Source of the DNA: a plasmid
Strand: one strand, 5' to 3'
Length of the DNA: 8,975 nt
Sequence record: CP031559.1
Shown here piece by piece: positions 7,594 through 8,975 of the stretch. Position numbers and translations under genes: made by a program. Numbering within the stretch: position 1 is the stretch's first letter; the number at the start of each line of letters is the position of its first letter. The notes under the pieces are model-generated. The model was not told where the DNA came from, made no database searches, and saw only the letters and a program-made list of their open reading frames with translations.

Positions 7594-7617
7594 TTAATTA
7601 CGGTATGACAATTTCAT
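7594..7617 (-). CDS. mccA: Microcin C-like precursor heptapeptide MccA (MKLSYRN-stop)
   Basis: Minus strand reads ATAAAGGAGTAAGCC ATG AAA TTG TCA TAC CGT AAT TAA. This gives an AAGGAG SD with 6-nt spacing, a 7-codon ORF ending in Asn, and placement 85 nt upstream of mccB. That is the defining architecture of mcc operons (E. coli MccA = MRTGNAN). Confidence 0.75.
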   Translation of the reverse strand: MKLSYRN

Positions 7618-7788
7618 GGCTTACTCCTTTATAACTCTAAAAATTACGGAAATAATAACAATAATTATGATTTTTTTATTTACTGATTACATATTCGTAA
7701 TAATATTTTTTGTAGTTTGAGTATATTTTGCACGATAAGGTGGCACTAAAGTAATTTTTACAGATATAAAAAAAGAATTTTTTAACCC
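7618..7788 (-). promoter_or_regulatory. Promoter region of the mcc operon (between mobA stop and mccA); several AT-rich -10-like hexamers, e.g. TATACT after TGCAAAA
   Basis: Non-coding, 170 nt, extremely AT-rich. Exact -10/-35 not resolvable by eye. Confidence 0.3.
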
Positions 7789-8975
7789 TTACCGCCCGTA
7801 CCCACGAATATAATTTCTCTCATTTTCTATTTTTTGATTGTGTTCTCTAATCTTTTTATCCAGCTGTGTTGTTCTTGTATAAAACTCTCTTGTTTCTTGT
7901 TCCATTCGCTTTGAAAGTCGCTCATCTGCTCTTTGAAAGAAGTTTCTAATTCGTTCTTTTGCGTTTCTGTAGATGTCTTTAATTGCGTTAATTGCGTCTC
8001 GTGTTCTTGCATAAAGGTTGTGTAGGATTGTTCTAGCTCTTGTTTTAGAGTTGTTTCTAAAATCTCTAATTGTGTTTTCAATTCTTTGTATTGAGCTTGT
8101 GAAATCTCTTGCTCTTTGATTTGAGCGTTCTGTAATTCTTGTTGTAAAATCCGCTCGCACATTGTCTGTAAATTGTTGTTGAGCGAGATTTCTTTCTGTT
8201 CTAATGTTTGCATTAATTGATTCAATTCGGCTCTCTCTGCTCTCTCTAAAGCTTGAAGTTTGGCTAATAATGTGTTGTGCGTTTGGGATAGCGTTTCGTA
8301 GCTCTCTTTCAAGTTCAAGGTTTCTGTCTCTAATCTCTCGTAATTCTTGCTTAGCCTTTAAAATTCTTCTGTAACTTTCTCTAGCTTGATCAATAGCTCG
8401 TTTTTGTCGTTCTCTAAACTCTCTATTTCGCTGTTCTTTTCTTTGAGCAAGATCTCTTTCTCGTTCTGTAAGTTCTCTACTTCGCTGATTAAAGCGCTCT
8501 GTAGCTTGTTTAAGTATTATTCCTGCATTTTTTCCCCTTATTTCTTGGTCGGTATTTGATCGTAAATTCTCTGTAGATTGGCGTTGTTTAGTTGGTCTAT
8601 TTCTCGTTTTAACTGAAAGACTTCTTTCTGTGAAAGCTCTAATTCCTTGTTTTTGCTGGGTAGAATGATTAGAAAGTATGCCCCCACTAATATTACCCCC
8701 ATAATAACTAGCCCCATAATGAAAGTTAGGGGCATTAGTAAGGATTTCTTGGCTAGGTTCTTGTGGATTTATTTCTCTAGCTCTTGTAAATCCTCTTGTA
8801 TAGTTTCCTTGTATTTCTTGTTGGTTCTCTCCAGCTCTAGGTAGCTGTTCTTTAGGTTCTCGTGGTTCTTTTGAATTAAATTCGTGTAGCTGTTTATAGT
8901 ATTGCTGTTTGTATTCAATGTGTCTGTGTAGCTTGTTTTCAAGCTCTCGCAAAAGTTCTGCATGGTTGTTGTTAG
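7789..8975 (-). CDS. mobA: 3' part of relaxase MobA (low-complexity R/E/N/Q-rich C-terminal domain); open to the window end and in frame with the partial mobA at 1..796 if circular
   Basis: Frame open from 8975 to TAA at 7789-7791 with no stop. The annotated 'M' at 8952 is a TTG. Codon phase from 8973 downward matches the phase that continues from position 1 (codon = comp(1),comp(8975),comp(8974) = ACT). Composition matches the end of the N-terminal fragment (...ARQRENQRERSNSYT). Confidence 0.6.
   Translation of the reverse strand, partial: NNNHAELLRELENKLHRHIEYKQQYYKQLHEFNSKEPREPKEQLPRAGENQQEIQGNYTRGFTRAREINPQEPSQEILTNAPNFHYGASYYGGNISGGILSNHSTQQKQGIRAFTERSLSVKTRNRPTKQRQSTENLRSNTDQEIRGKNAGIILKQATERFNQRSRELTERERDLAQRKEQRNREFRERQKRAIDQARESYRRILKAKQELREIRDRNLELERELRNAIPNAQHIISQTSSFRESRESRIESINANIRTERNLAQQQFTDNVRADFTTRITERSNQRARDFTSSIQRIENTIRDFRNNSKTRARTILHNLYARTRDAINAIKDIYRNAKERIRNFFQRADERLSKRMEQETREFYTRTTQLDKKIREHNQKIENERNYIRGYGR
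7827..8318 (-). CDS. mobB: MobB/MbeB-like coiled-coil protein nested in an alternative frame of mobA (start uncertain; the annotated start is TTG)
   Basis: Second open minus-strand frame inside mobA (the third frame is closed). Product is E/Q/K/L-rich coiled coil. ColE1-type mob regions encode mbeB/mbeD inside mbeA in another frame. Confidence 0.4.
   Translation of the reverse strand: MNLKESYETLSQTHNTLLAKLQALERAERAELNQLMQTLEQKEISLNNNLQTMCERILQQELQNAQIKEQEISQAQYKELKTQLEILETTLKQELEQSYTTFMQEHETQLTQLKTSTETQKNELETSFKEQMSDFQSEWNKKQESFIQEQHSWIKRLENTIKK
8538..8735 (-). CDS. mobD: MobD/MbeD-like small membrane protein (65 aa: N-terminal TM helix + coiled coil) nested in alternative frame of mobA
   Basis: Genuine ATG start. 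N-terminus MPLTFIMGLVIMGVILVGAYFLIIL is a clear TM helix followed by charged coiled coil. Same alternative frame as the mobB-like ORF. Confidence 0.45.
   Translation of the reverse strand: MPLTFIMGLVIMGVILVGAYFLIILPSKNKELELSQKEVFQLKREIDQLNNANLQRIYDQIPTKK
8769..8963 (-). CDS. Additional 64-aa ORF in the same alternative frame of mobA (coiled-coil-like); possibly an N-terminal segment of a mobB/D-type protein or non-functional
   Basis: ATG at 8963. The stop is immediately followed, in frame, by the mobD-like ORF. Supported only by frame openness and protein-like composition. Confidence 0.2.
   Translation of the reverse strand: MQNFCESLKTSYTDTLNTNSNTINSYTNLIQKNHENLKNSYLELERTNKKYKETIQEDLQELEK

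Noticed and set aside
7667-7720. 17-aa plus-strand ORF MIFLFTDYIFVIIFFVV in the mcc promoter region
   Set aside because: No SD. Lies in extremely AT-rich promoter DNA on the non-transcribed strand. Probably chance.
8647-8844. 65-aa plus-strand ORF opposite the mob region
   Set aside because: Antisense to two open minus-strand frames. T-rich low-complexity product.
7789-8952. 387-aa Arg-rich ORF as an independent gene starting at 8952
   Set aside because: The 'start' is a TTG and the frame stays open to the window edge. Better explained as the C-terminal continuation of mobA across the circular junction.

Overview
AT-rich sequence that looks like a complete small mobilizable theta-type plasmid of Helicobacter pylori type, linearized inside its relaxase gene. 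Reading left to right: (i) a ColE1/MbeA-family relaxase (mobA, minus strand, 796..1) preceded by a mobC-like accessory gene, with an oriT/promoter-like region containing nested palindromes and a G8 tract; (ii) a YafQ/RelE-type toxin–antitoxin pair; (iii) a replication module with 4.5 tandem 22-bp iterons, an AT-rich stretch, a 19-codon strongly hydrophobic micro-ORF with a near-consensus SD, and a 539-aa RepA; (iv) a class II Fic/Doc-family protein; (v) on the minus strand, a compact microcin C-like (mccABC) cluster: a 7-codon gene encoding MKLSYRN with an AAGGAG SD, a ThiF/E1-like MccB adenylyltransferase with GxGxxG and two CxxC motifs, and an MFS MccC exporter, in DNA of markedly lower GC than the backbone; (vi) the R/E/N/Q-rich 3' part of mobA, whose frame is continuous with the partial mobA at the window start if the molecule is circular, with mobB/mobD-like genes nested in a second frame. 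The most interesting content is the minimal peptidyl-nucleotide 'Trojan horse' antibiotic cluster with its invisible 7-aa precursor gene, and the Ibs-like 19-aa hydrophobic peptide ORF upstream of repA. No rRNA/tRNA, CRISPR or transposase was seen.
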